DNA of 64,000 bases from Chrysemys picta bellii (taxonomy: Eukaryota), in NCBI RefSeq assembly GCF_011386835.1, contig NC_088791.1, positions 353,462,001 to 353,526,000 on the forward strand. Reading direction: 5' to 3'. This document shows positions 46,497-59,318 of the stretch, in pieces. The position numbers and the translations under genes were made by a program. How positions within the stretch are numbered: position 1 is the stretch's first letter; every line of letters begins with the position of its first letter. Below the pieces are notes generated by a model. It made no database searches, was not told the DNA's origin, and worked only from the letters and a program-made list of their open reading frames with translations.

Positions 46497-49143
46497 TGTA
46501 ACAAAGCGGCCTCTGGAGGGACACAACTGAGATTATCAATCCAGGAAAAATTTCTTAGAGCAGGGCAGTTACAGCCCAAATCTGGAGTTCCTTTACTATT
46601 AAGGCACCAAACCAGCCAGACAAAGAGGACTTTGGTTTTACCCCACTGGCTAACCAGAAGTCACACAAGCAATTCCCTTAGACACTCCAGTTTTCCAGTA
46701 TCACCACCAGGGCCACTCGTTATGGCGACGAATGGTTATGAAAACCAATACCCCAGTAAAAGAAAAACGGTTCTCCTGATCCCAAAGGACCAAGCCCCAG
46801 TTCCAGGTCAATATACACGTCAGATCTTACCCACAAATCACGCTGTTGCCAATCCTTTAGAATCTAAAATCTAAGGTTTATTCATAAAAAGAAAGAAATA
46901 GAGATGAGAGCTAGAATTGGTTAAATGGAATCAATTCCATACAGTAATGGCAACGTTATTGAGTCAGGATTGTAGCAGGGATAGAATAAACTGCAGGTTC
47001 AAATCAAGTCTCTGGAACATCCACAGCTGGGATGGGTCATCAGTCCTTTGTTCAGAGCTTCAGTTTGTAACAAGGTTTCTCCAAAGCCGTGGTTCTCAAA
47101 CTTTTGTAGTGGTGACTCCTTTCACATAGCAAACCTCACCCCCCTAATAAATTAAAAACACTTTTTTATAGATGCAAGCAGAGTCAGGATGAGCTCTACC
47201 CTGACATCTGGTGGTGAATTATGGCGAGTGTGGAAAAGACCTCCAGGGGCTGATCTTGTTTGCATAGGCACACCCACTCGCCTGGCATGAAACAGCAGCA
47301 ACTCAAAGTGGTTACTTCGGCTGGTGTGGGATCCCCAGTTTCTTTGTTATTGGGGCAGGAAGAATAAAGTTTTGTTACCCTGATTCTGTGAATCAAGGCC
47401 AATGGAACTGTTGTATGACAGAAGGACTGAGTGAGTCATTCACCATTACCTAAGTAGCATTTGCTTTACAAGGGGCATGGTTTGCAAAACACAGTGAATT
47501 CAGAGAGGATGTTGACAGGTATTTGTATCTGAGGGTATGTGTTCCCCTCTGAGGGCTTGAAACACCAATTGCACCATCTTCTCTCTCCACTCTTGAATAT
47601 CACAGTTAACTTTGATTCCATTAGAAGTCTAGTTACAGGCTGCAGAGCTGAATTCACTTTGGGTTAATAGTGCACCAGCACTAGGGCTCCCCTACTCTGA
47701 CGTGAAATCACGCAAGAGTTAAAGTTATTAAGTGCGGGAGCCTGAAGCTATATTGCTAAGCAGCTTGTGGAGCAATTTGTGGGGACGACTGGAGGAGCAG
47801 TGAGCGGCGCGGAGCCTTGCGGGGGCGGTTGGAGTGGCCCAAGGAATGGCGAGCGGAGCTGTTTGCGGGGACGGCTGGAGGGGCTCACAGGTCACAGAGC
47901 GGAGCAGCTTGTAGAGCGGAGCAGTTTGTGTGACGGCAGGAAGTGGACTGGCTCGTGGTGAAGGCTGTGGCGGAACCCCACGGAGAGACGGCCGGCCGGC
48001 CTCGGATCACGTAAGGTGCCCCATAACACCCTGCGTGCCCCCCTTTTACTCTGGGGCTGCACTGACCAGGGACAGAGACTTTGGGGGTTGTTGGATTTTG
48101 GGGACTCTGGGTGATTTTGGGGTTGTGGGATTCAAGAACCAAAGGGAAAGGACACAACCCACTTTGCTGGGGTGGTTTTTTTTTTTTTGCTCATGGTTTG
48201 TGTTATGAATCCTGTTTGTGGTGTTTTTCCAATTTAATGCTGATGTCGTTTACCTCATGTTATTAAACATTTTCAGCTACACTCAGACTCCGTGCTTGCG
48301 AGAGGGGAAGTATTGCCTCTTAGAGGCGCCCAGGGGGTGGTATGTAATTGTCCCAGGTCACTGGGTGGGGGCTCGAGCCAGTTTTGCATTGTGTTATTGA
48401 AACGGAACCCCTAGATACAGAACCCGGCCCTTGTTGCTGCCAACTTAAATGGGCAAAAGGGTTACATATATTTAACACCATTATAAATGCTGGAGGCAAA
48501 GCAGGGTTTGGGATGGAGGCTGACAGCTCACGACCTCCTATGTAATAACCTCGCGACCGCCTGAGGGTCTCGACCCCCAGTTTGAGAACCCATGCTCTAG
48601 AGGTTAGAAGCAGAATTGAAAACAAAACGGAGGGTTTCTCAGGGCCTTTTATATTCTCTACCCTGTGGAAGGACCCCTTTTGTTCTTACTGTGGAAAATA
48701 CAGCAGCAAGATGGACCTTGGAATCACATGGGCAAGTCAGATGTCCATGCATGACTCAGTTTGCAGGCCGACGCCATTGTTTACATGTTAGTTTGAACTA
48801 TCCCAAGAAAGCTCAGATGTGGATTGGCGTCTGGCAAAGTCCATTCTCAGTTAAGTGTTTCTTGATTGGGCACTTACTGAGACGAGTCGTTTCTCAAGAA
48901 GCTGACCAAATGCTTTACTGAGGCTACTTACAATCAAAACACATTAAGATACAAGTACATAGTCAATATTCATAACTTCAACTACAAAAAAGTTACACAT
49001 ATACCGATAGCATAAACATAAGCAAATCATAATCTTTTCATAGACAACTCACACAACAACCTTTGTACAATATTTGCTGCAAATATATAACAATGGTTGT
49101 AACAATGATCTATACAGTCATTGTTTTTGTCAATAATGTCACA
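46497..49143. mobile_element. Duplicated nested LTR-A / hAT MITE / LTR-B
   Basis: Same termini and nesting as 33343-35977. Confidence 0.8.
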
Positions 49144-50492
49144 GCAGGACCTGCTCACAGAATCTGGCATGACCAGGGCCGATATTGCAGAAATACACAT
49201 TCCTAAGAAATCATTGTTTCTACTACGGTTGTGCAATTGCAACAAATCTTGTACAAAGTATATCCTGTCAGAGGTCAGTGGAAAAGTTATGATTTGCTAG
49301 GTATGACTCTCCTGTTTATATACATGTATCATCTTTGTGTCTGAAGTTCTGATTAATGGTGATGTACTGGTATCAGAGGACCAGTGCCAGTTCGTGGCCA
49401 GAGCAATGGTGTTGGGGGGTCAGGACTCCCGGTTCCTATTCTCAGCCCTACCACCTACTCATTGTGTGGCCTTGGGTAAATCACTTTACCTCTGCATGGC
49501 TCAGTCCGTCCATGACATGGGGATCATACTGCTAGCAGCCTAGATAAAGAGATTGTAGATGTAGTGATCAAAAGCATCACACAGAGCGAATGTTAGACTC
49601 AGCTTCACTGTTCAGCTTCAGCCCCTGGGCAATGGGTGCCCTGTAGTTCCAGATACGGTGCTGTGTAATTGTGTAAATAGCTGGCTAATGGTAGCTGTGC
49701 CGTTTATCTCCCTCCCTGTGAGCTACCAACACCACCCCGGCCTCTGCTCAGCATCCCGCCTTCCCAGCTAACACAGGGGATTGTCCTTCCACCTCTCTCA
49801 GCTGCTGTCCACCTAGCTTCAAAGCTAATCCCTTGCATGGCCCCCAAGGCCTGACTCAGGGCAAAGGGGTCCCAGCCCATCCCCATTGCAGGGACCCAGC
49901 CTGCTACAGGCTCCCAGCCGGGAGTAACAAATGGGATCTGAAAGCTAAAGAAATAAGGCACACAATGGTCTCTTCCCTCAGGACTTTGTAGGCAAGCTTT
50001 AGGGCCCACAAGCTGTATGAGGCACAATCTCACCCACCAGCCACTCAACCTGCTCCCAACCCTCAGCTGCTTTTACGTGATTTCCTGGTGTCCCTCTCCA
50101 CTCCTGACTGGCCTGTGGGCCCCAGCACGGCTTGCTGCTGCACTCCCTGCAGGCTCCTTGTCAGGCTGCAGCAGATCCTGTCTCAGCCCCAGAGCAGAGG
50201 GAACTCAGCTGGTGAGGGAGACTCAGCGAGTGACGGGGGGAGAAGAGGAGTGAGCGAGAGGGTCAGCGCCTTGTGGGGAAAAGCGCAGAAGTGGGTGGAG
50301 CCTTGAGATGAGATGTGGAGCAGAAACTGGGCATTGGAGGGAGAGGCAGGGCAGGGGGCAGGACATCAGGGGTCCCGTTACCAGAAATTAGCAAGGTGGC
50401 AACTCTATGAGTTAATGAGTTGTACACAGACCCATTCCCCAGTTTGTCACGCTGACAAAGCAGACTAAGGTCAGGAAATGATTTAATGTCTC

Positions 50493-51515
50493 TCACTGGC
50501 CCAGCACCAGCTTACCACCCAGATCTGCACGGAACGTGGTCTGAGAGCCAGAGCAGCAAGAGAAAAATGTAGTCCCTTTATGAGTAATGAGCCGGAGAAG
50601 CCTGTCCCGGATCTGTTTGGTCCTCACACCATAGATGATGGGGTTTATCATGGGGGGCATGAGGAGGTACACGTTGCCAATGAGAACGTGGAAATATAGA
50701 GGCACATTGTGGCCAAAACGGTATGTGAGAGAGGAGAAGAGATTTGGGATGTAAAAGACTAAGATGGCACAGAGGTGGGAGCCGCAGGTCCTAAAAGTCT
50801 TGAGCCGGGCGTCCTTTGTGGGGAGGCTGAAGATGGCCCTGAGGATCTGGATATAGGACACAGTGATAAAAAACACATCCACACCGATCACAAAGAATAG
50901 CACAAATAGGCCATAGTAACTAGTGACGTGTATGTCACCACAGGCCAGCTTCATCAGAGCCATGTGTTCGCAGTGCGTGTGGGGAATGATGTTTGTTCTG
51001 CAATATGGCCACTGACTTACCAGGAGGAAAGAGGGTAGTATGATGATGCCACCATGCAGTACCACGGCTAGGCCGATATTGGCCACCACGGAGTTTCTCA
51101 AGGTGGTGGAATGTCTCAGGGGGTGGCAGATGGCCACGTAACGATCCAAAGCCATGGCCATGAAGAACCCAGACTCCATCACTAAAAAGCAGTAAAGGAA
51201 GTACATCTGGGTGAGGCAGGCTCTGAAATCTATTTCCCTGGAATTGAACCAGAAAATGCTCAACGTTTTGGGCAGGATGGACGTAGACAGGACCAGGTCT
51301 GTGACAGCCAGCATGCAGAGGAAATAGTACATGGGCACATGGAGGCTCGGCTCCATCTTCACAATGAACAGGATGGTGAAGTTCCCCAAGAAGGCTATGA
51401 CATCTATGGCGCAGAAGGGGATGGAGATCCAGACATGGGCCGCCTCCAGGCCAGGAATGCCCAACAGGATGAAGGTGGAGGGGTTGGTGAAGTCGGTTGT
51501 GTTAGAATTTGACAT
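50493..51515 (-). CDS. Class I olfactory receptor, OR52-like (gene 4), 340 aa with extended C-tail
   Basis: Intact ORF with all major OR motifs. It carries unusual substitutions (Y38D, H108Y, R154H, G242R) and 25 extra C-terminal residues relative to gene 1. Confidence 0.9.
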   Translation of the reverse strand: MSNSNTTDFTNPSTFILLGIPGLEAAHVWISIPFCAIDVIAFLGNFTILFIVKMEPSLHVPMYYFLCMLAVTDLVLSTSILPKTLSIFWFNSREIDFRACLTQMYFLYCFLVMESGFFMAMALDRYVAICHPLRHSTTLRNSVVANIGLAVVLHGGIIILPSFLLVSQWPYCRTNIIPHTHCEHMALMKLACGDIHVTSYYGLFVLFFVIGVDVFFITVSYIQILRAIFSLPTKDARLKTFRTCGSHLCAILVFYIPNLFSSLTYRFGHNVPLYFHVLIGNVYLLMPPMINPIIYGVRTKQIRDRLLRLITHKGTTFFSCCSGSQTTFRADLGGKLVLGQ

Positions 51516-52916
51516 GGAGTAGGGGAGAAGGTATCCAACTCTGAGGCAGAACGGTGTCTCCTGCATGTACCGTACGTTCCCCTGACTTCCTGTATGTGCC
51601 CAGGGTCTAGGGTGATGGTTGCAGTAGAAATGCCTGGATGGAGAGACAAATGTTAGTATGAGACACTATATGCACTACTGGAGGCCGTTCTCATCAGATA
51701 AATGAATTATGAAACACTGACCCTACTAATGCCAATTCCATATTTTATGGTGCTCCATGTGTCAGTAATTCCTACATTTTGTGGTGTGGGAATCCTTAGT
51801 GGGCACCAGCAGAACCCAGAGTGTGGATACTGGTATCCATAATTGTTCCTTAATGAATGAATACCAGGCTAGAGATCCCATGCTGCAGGGAATTCCCTAT
51901 TTAACCGGTTGCTCAAAATCTGAGAGTGGAAAAAAACCAAAGCTTTGCCAATACATGTACTGGGGGAAACATCCCAGCTAGACCAAGCATCAGGGAAAAG
52001 TCCTGGGCGTCATTGATAGAAGATCCACAGAAACACCTGTTCATTTGCAGTACTGGTAAAAGAAAGACAATGTTCTCATACCTCAGAAATGGGATGGAGA
52101 ATAACCTGCTCTGGACACGCGCTCAGTTGTGGTCACTCAGTCTCTATAAAGGATACAGCAGAAAGAAAGGGGATTTCCGAGACAGGCTTTCAGAATGGGG
52201 GAGGCTGTGGAATGTGGGCAGCCTGAAAGTCTGGGACTGTTTAGTTTAGAGAAAAGACAAAAAGGGGGTATAGGATAGAGGAGAGGAAAATAAACAATAG
52301 AAGTGATTATGTCCAAATGGACAAACAGAGAACAGTTCCCAACCAGTAATATCCGTAGACACTTTGTGCTTCCCCAAATATGAGGCAAATTATCAGCAAA
52401 ATGGATTGGGAGGAAAAAATTAGACAGAAAACTGGGAAGGAAAAGAGGAAATTTTATTGGAAGCATTTATTACATAACTAGAAAGTCACAATTCCAAAGT
52501 CAAGGAAGTGGACAACTCTGTCTAAAAACCTGGTTTAGTGACAAACGGAAGGCAGCTATTAGGGGTGGGGAAAGCAATATACAACACATGGGAAACAGGG
52601 ACATGGATAGCAAGCAATACAACTTATGAACACTGATAAAGGACGTTAGAGATATCAGGGGGAAACCCATGCTTGGCAGGGCTAAGGTTCACAAAAAGCA
52701 GGTTATTAAGTATATTAAGAACAAAAGAAATCCGAGAAAAGGTTTAGGCCAATTCCTAGAGAGAGAAAGGAAACTTGCTAATGTTGCAGAAAAGGTAGAT
52801 GTGTTCAATACTTATTTTTTGTTCTACATTTGGAAAGAAGCGGTATGATGTACTCATATCACCTAAAAAAGAACAGGAGTACTTGTGGCACCTTAGAGAC
52901 TAACAAATGTATTAGA

Positions 52917-52956
52917 GCATAAGCTTTAGTGGGCTACAACCCACTTCTTCGGATGC
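52917..52956 (-). ncRNA. Hammerhead ribozyme motif, mutated core
   Basis: GCAU CCGAAGA A GUGGG uuguag CCCAC UAAA GCUU AUGC. G12 is changed to U and position 4 is C; probably inactive. Confidence 0.6.
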
Positions 52957-53189
52957 ATATAGAGTGAAACATATATTGAGGAGAAATATATACACACATA
53001 CAGAGAGCATGAACAGGTGGGAGTTGTCTTACCAACTCTGAGAGGCCAATTAAGTAAGAGAAAAAAACTTTTGAAGTGATAATCAAGATAGCTCAGTACA
53101 GACAGTTTGATAAGAAGCAAGTTTGAGAATACTTACAAGGGGAGATAGATTCAATGTTTGTAATGGCTCAGCCATTCCCAGTCCTTATT

Positions 53190-53375
53190 TATCTTATCTT
53201 ATCTCCTAGAACTGGAAGGGACCTTGAAAGGTCATCAAGTCCAGCCCCCTGCCTTCACTAGCAGGACCAAGTACTGATCTTTGCCCCAGATCCCTAAGTG
53301 GCCCCCTCAAGGATTGAACTCACAACCCTAGGTTTAGCAGGCCAATGCTCAAACCACTGAGCTATCCCTCCCCCC
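53190..53375 (-). mobile_element. tRNA-derived SINE inserted in the Penelope element
   Basis: A box TAGCTCAGTGG, B box GAGTTCAATCC, CR1-like tail ending (GATAA)n; interrupts the end of the GIY-YIG ORF. Confidence 0.92.
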
Positions 53376-55167
53376 AATCCTGAGTTGATTGTGTCTAGTT
53401 TGCATATCAATTCCAGCTCAGCAGTCTCTCGTTGGAGTCTGTTTTTGAAGTTTTTCTGTTTTAAGATAGCCACCCGCAGATCTGTCATAGAATGACCAGA
53501 CAGGTTAAAGTGTTCTCCCACTGGTTTTTGAGTATTATGATTCCTGATGTCAGATTTGTGTCCATTAATTCTCTTGCGTAGAGACTGTCCGGTTTGGCCA
53601 ATGTACATGACAGAGGGGCATTGCTAGCACATGATGGCATATATCACATTGGTAGATGTGCAGGTGAACGAGCCCCTGATGGTATGGCTGATGTGATTAG
53701 GCCCTATGATGATGTCACTTGAATAGATATGTGGACAGAGTTGACATCGGGCTTTGTTACAAGGATAGGTTCCTGGGTCAGTGTTTTTGTTCAGTGATGT
53801 GTGGTTACTGGTGAGTATTTGCTTTAGGTTGGGGGGTTGTCTGTAAGCGAGGACAGGTCTGTCTCCCAAGATCTGTGAGAGTAAAGGATCATCTTTCAGG
53901 ATAGGTTGTAGATCTCTGATGATGTGCTGGAGAGGTTTTAGTTGGGGGCTGAAGGTGACAGCTAGTGGTGTTCTGTTATTTTCTTTGTTGGTCCTGTCTT
54001 GTAGGAGGTGACTTCTGGGTACTCGTCTGGCTCTGTCAATCTGTTTTTTCACTTCAGCAGGTGGGTATTGTAGTTTTAAGAATGCTTGATAGAGATCTTG
54101 TAGGTGCTTGTCTCTATCTGAGGGATTAGAGCAAATGTGGTTATATCTTAGAGCTTGGCTGTAGACAATGGACCGTGTGGTGTGTCCTGGATGGAAGCTG
54201 GAGGCATGTAGGTAAGTGTAGCGGTCAGTAGGTTTCCAGTATAGGGTGGTATTTATGTGACCATCGCTTATTAGCACAGTAGTGTCCAGGAAATGGACCG
54301 CTTGTGTGGATTGATCTAGGCTGAGGTTGATGGTGGGATGGAAATTATTGAAATCATGGTGGAATTCCTCAAGGGCTTCTTTTCCATGGGTCCAGATGAT
54401 GAAGATGTCATCAATGTAGCGCAAGTAGAGTAGGGGTGTTAGGGGACGAGAGCTAAGGAAGCGTTGTTCTAAGTCAGTCATATCACCTAAGATGTGATTA
54501 GTGGTCAAAGAGGATAATAAACAGCATCTACAATAGAACCTTAGAGTTACAAACATCAGGGTTATGAACTGACCGATCAACCACACATCTCATTTGGAAC
54601 CAGAAGTACGCAATCAGACAGCAGCAGAGCCAAACAAAACAAAAAACAACAACAACAACAAAAGGGAACTACAGGACAGTACTGTGTTAAAAGTAAATTA
54701 TGTTAAAAAAGAAAGGGAAATATTTAAAAAAAGATCTGACAACGTTAGGAAACAATGGAAAAGCTGGTATGGGATTAGATTAAAAAAAAGTCTAGGAATA
54801 TAATTAATGCCAGGCAACAAAAGAGTTTCTGGAAAAGAGGTCTTGTCAAAGAAACCTGATTTCATCCTTTAATGAGGGTACAAGTTTGGTTGATCAAGGA
54901 AACCACACAGATGCAATAAAGTTTGATTATCTGAGGCACTTCATTTAGTAGGGGAAAACATTCAGAAAAAAATAGGAACAGTCTACAATATTAGTAGAGC
55001 ACATGTAAAATGAACTAAAATCTGGCTAACTGAAGGATCCCAGAAAGCTCTTGTCAATGGGCCATTGTCAGTGAATGCGGCTGATTCTAGTGGGGTTCTG
55101 CAAGAATCAATTCTAGGCCCAATACTGTTCAATATTTTCATCTATGGTCTAGAAGGGAATGGAAAAT

Positions 55168-55357
55168 GGGGGGGGGGGGAGAGCTCAGTGGTTTGAGCAT
55201 TGGCCTGCTTAAACCCATGGTTGTGAGTTTAATCCTTGAGGGGGCCATTTAGGGATCTGGGGCAAAAATCTGTCTGGGGATTGGTTCTGCTTTGAGCAGT
55301 GGGTTGGACTACATGACCTCCTGAGGTCCCTTCCAACATTGATATTCTATGATTCTG
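55168..55357 (+). mobile_element. tRNA-derived SINE (paralog of 25337-25523)
   Basis: Same insertion point and near-identical sequence. Confidence 0.9.
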
Positions 55358-56143
55358 ATCACTGCAAATAAAATTTTAGGATGACCCAGAGATTGACGGA
55401 GTGATTATTACAGTGAGGAGGCCAGGGCGGGCACACTGATTGATCTGGAGCATTTGGTGAACTGGGCCCATGCAAACAAAATGTTTTAATACAGAGAAAT
55501 GCAAAGTGATCCTCTTGGAACAGGGAATGCAGACCCATCCCAGAGACTAGGGCACTGTATTATGGAACGCAGGGACTCTGAAAAGGCTTTAGGGGTCATT
55601 CTGGACACCCAGCTCATTGTGAGCTCCCAGTGCGATGCTGTGGCCAAGAGGACTGATGTGATCCTTGGATGCATAAACAGGGGAGTGGTGAGTTGGAGCA
55701 GGGGAAGGATTCTACCTCTGCATGTGGCATTGGTGAAACTGACTGCGTCCAGTCCTGGGGTCTGCATTCCAAAAAGGGTGTTGAAAAATTGGAGAGGGTG
55801 CAGAAAAGGGCCACAAAAATGTTTAGAGGCTGGAGAAAATGCCCGACAGAGAGAGACTTAAAGAGCTTCATCTATTTATCTTATCAAAAAGACGATGAAG
55901 AGGAGACTTCCGTGGGTAGAAAACTGTGGGTAATAATGGGCTCTGTAATCTAGCAGAGAAAGGCAGAGCCAGACCCAGTAGTTGGAAACTGAAGCCAGAG
56001 AAATTCCAGGTGGAAAAAAGGCCAAATGCTTAGCACTGAGGGTGATTAATCATTGGGACAAACTGCAAAGGGAAGTGGGTGGATTCTACAATTCCCCATC
56101 TCTGCAGATCCAGACTGGATGCTTTTCTGGAAGATCTGCTTAA

Positions 56144-56317
56144 GGGCTCATCTACACTTAAAATGTTACAGTGTCACTGCTGTAGCGCTTCAGTGTAGAC
56201 ACTACTGACACCGACGACTGGAGTTCTCCGGTAAGTGCAGGTAATCCACCTCCCCGAGAGGTGGGAGCTAGGTCCATGGAAGAATTCTTCATTAAACCTC
56301 ATGCTGTCTATACAGGG
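56144..56317. mobile_element. Harbinger-like MITE, one end missing
   Basis: TAA followed by GGGCTCATCTACACTT terminus; internal AGTGTAGAC. Confidence 0.5.
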
Positions 56318-56349
56318 GGGTGGATGTATTTACTTTAAAAAAAAGGCGC

Positions 56350-56950
56350 AAATTTCGGGCTAGTTGCATTAACACAGGCACAGCATGCAAGTCACAGGAG
56401 GTGATTGTACCGCTCTGCTCGGGACTGGTTAGGCTACAGCTGGAGTGCGGTGTCCAGTCGTGGTCACCAATCCATAGGAAGGACGTAGAGAAACTAGAAA
56501 GGATCCAGAGTTGAGAGACAAAGAGAATCCAAGGGCTGGAATACAAGCCACATGAGCAAAGGCTGAAGCAACTGGGTATGTTTAGTTTGGAAAAGAGGAG
56601 ATAAGCAGGGGACAGGACAGCAGCCTTCAGATACTTGAAAGGCTGCCACAAAAAAGTTGGAGAAAAAATGTTCTCTCTTGCCACTGAGGGCAGGACAAGA
56701 GGCACTGGGTTCAAACTACAGAGGAGTAGATTTAGATTAAACCTCAGGAAAAAATTGCTAACTGTAATAACAGGAGAACAAAGGAGCAGACGCCTTGAGA
56801 AGTTGTGGAAGCTCCTTAGCTGGAGGTTTTCCAAAGGAGGCTGGATAGTCACTTGCCAGGAATGGTTTAGACAGATCACATCCTGCATCTCGGCAGGGGT
56901 TACACTAGATGACCCTTGTGGTCCCTTCTCACCCTGTGGCTTTATGATTC
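56350..56950 (+). mobile_element. CR1 3' fragment, old
   Basis: ORFs 56320-56514 and 56635-56955 encode the CR1 RT C-terminus. Confidence 0.85.
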
Positions 56951-59318
56951 CATGATGTAAAATCCTACTTTAGATCAGGTCCTAGTCACACAAAACTTAT
57001 GGAGCTCAATACAGGGGTAACTGCGTGAAATGTAATGGCCTGTGTCATACAGGAGGTCAGGCTGGATGATCAAATGGTCCCTTATATCCTATGACTCTAT
57101 CAATAAAGAAGGTAGATCAGGCATTTATATTTACTGTGTCTCACAAAACATGAACAGGGGAACATTCAATTACATTGAAAGTCTGAACATATAAAACTGA
57201 GAAAAGAAATTGTTTACATAATACATATTTGGCCTGTGGAACTCCTTGCCAGAGACATTATTGGAGCAAAGAGCTTAGCTGAATGGGATTTTCAAATGGA
57301 TTGGCCATTGTAGGCAGTGCTGGGGGCACCACCCTTCGGTAAGGCTGTCTGACACCTTCAATTAGGAGACCTCATTTTCAGTTGCTTATAAGTTTACCAA
57401 ACTTGAAGCATTTGGACTGAAATTTCCCATGCTGGGTGTCTGTTTCAGGCTGAATTATTTTTTCAAAGTTTCAGACCTAACAGTTCAGCTGCCTTCTCGA
57501 ATTAAGCTCGGAGAGAAGATGTCTTGCCCATGTTGAAAAATTCTTATAATTGTTCCAGTGAGGACCACTAGGACCTCCATGCTTTCCAGAGGAGAAAAGT
57601 AATCCCCCATCCCTCTCTGCCATTAACAGCCAGAGCTCTGAGATGTGAGAGGAGGAGGTGACAGTCTCTGTGCATGAAAACACAGCTGGCTACTGAGTTT
57701 TTTATTCAGTTCTTTCTCCAAGAAAAGTTTTGCCTCAGTGGGGCCTGAGTAAACTATGGGCCGGGGCCTCAGACTTTGGCCTTTGTATTGTACATCTAGT
57801 AACACCTTTCATGCTCAAGGATTCACTGTGCCACTGAAATGCAGCTGCCCTGGGGCTGGAGCTCATCAGCAGAAAGGGACATTTTGGCCCATGATACTGG
57901 CGCAAACTCATTACCTGTGAAAAGTGCCTTGGGATGTTTATCGGCTCTGCAGAGCAGAAAGGACCACAGACCTATTCTCTATCCCACCGTGCGCTTGTTG
58001 TTGCACTGGGTTTGTCAAGCAGGTGAGCTCTTCAGTGACAGATGGGTACCTGTGAAGTCTGAGACAGAAGTATCTTCCCTGGGAATCCCCCTCAGGTAGC
58101 CGTGTCCCACACCTTTCTCACCCCAGCATCTGCAGCAATATCCCACGCAGAGAGCCGATACAGTGGTGAGCACTGTTTATAACAGAGCTCTGTGCAATCC
58201 CAGGGTAATTCGCTCAGCATCTAGGGGCAAAGCGGCATCTGGATGTAAACAGGCTGGACACTGGAGACACTCTAGCCAATGACTCTCTTTCCATGTCTGT
58301 GATTCTGTGCTCTTTATCCAGCTTTAGGAGTAAACAGTAATTAAGGGACCTTCCCAAAGGGAGATGAGAACTCTTGAGCTCTGTGTTGAGTCACAGAGGA
58401 ATTGGCTGCTCAGTGAAATTGTGTATATTTAACAATTATAGTGGATGAGTAATAAAATTATGGATAATACCTATGTCTCTTCCAACCCTAATCTCTTATG
58501 ATTCTATGGCCTTGTGGATACTCAGCACCTGTGCAAGTCAGGACACTTTGGGTTCCTAAACATGCATGGATGTGCACCTAGCCCAGGAACCTGTCTCTGA
58601 CAAGGCCTGGCTCCAGATGCTTCAAAGTAAGGTGTGAGTAACTAGGCAGATGTAGGGTATTCTACTGTCCCCCTTGTAATTCTGCTTAATCTCTAAAACA
58701 GATCTAGGGATTTGGTTGCAAAAAAAAACTAGATAAGTTCATGAAGGATAGATTCATCCCTCGCTATTAACCAGGATGGACTGGGATGGTGTTCCTAGTC
58801 TCTCTTTCCCAGAAGCTGGGACTGGGCGATGGGGGATGGATCACTTGGTGATTACATGGTCTGTTCATTCCCTCTGGGGCACTTGGCACTGGCTACTGTC
58901 GGAAGACAGGATACTGGTCTAGATGGACCTTTGGTCTGACCCAGTGTGGCCATTCTTATGTTCTTATGAGAAAGATGCCTGAGGGGAGACACGAGCACTT
59001 TCTGCAGGCACATGGAGCTATCGCTAAGGGCTCAGAGACCAGTAATTCTCCTCAGTAACTGTCATCATACCATGCACCTTTCATTGAAGGATCTTCAAAA
59101 TACTTAGAAAGGAAAGTCACTATGAACATATCCCCATTATACAGATAGGTAAACTGAGGCAAAGGAAATGTGAACTTGCCGCGGTCACACAGAGAATGAC
59201 AGACAAAACCCAGGAGTCCTGACTTGCCTACTGTAACCAGGGTCTCTTCATCACTAACTGAGCGCATGAAAAGAAGGAAATGGACTCATGCTGTAGCAGG
59301 GCCTGTTCTTTGGGTGGA

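Larger units (their letters stand above)
40037..52814. repeat. Right copy of the youngest tandem segmental duplication (carries gene 4)
   Basis: Colinear with 27912-40013; retains ~1 kb (about 42065-43110) that is deleted from the left copy. Confidence 0.9.
52867..54477 (-). mobile_element. 5'-truncated Penelope-like retroelement (RT C-half, GIY-YIG, pLTR), young
   Basis: YLRYIDDIFIIW RT motif and MYIGQTGQSLRKRINGH GIY-YIG, in frame except for one TAG at 53624-53626; 13-bp TSD TCATATCACCTAA at 52854-52866 and 54478-54490. The empty site is at ~24677-24690. Confidence 0.95.

Noticed and set aside
53300-53375. tRNA gene (also 25337, 55168, 63910-63985)
   Set aside because: The tRNA-like head continues into a CR1-derived tail, so these are SINEs.
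54478-54586. N-terminal part of the 320-aa ORF 53624-54586
   Set aside because: It lies outside the Penelope TSD and is chance read-through from flanking DNA.
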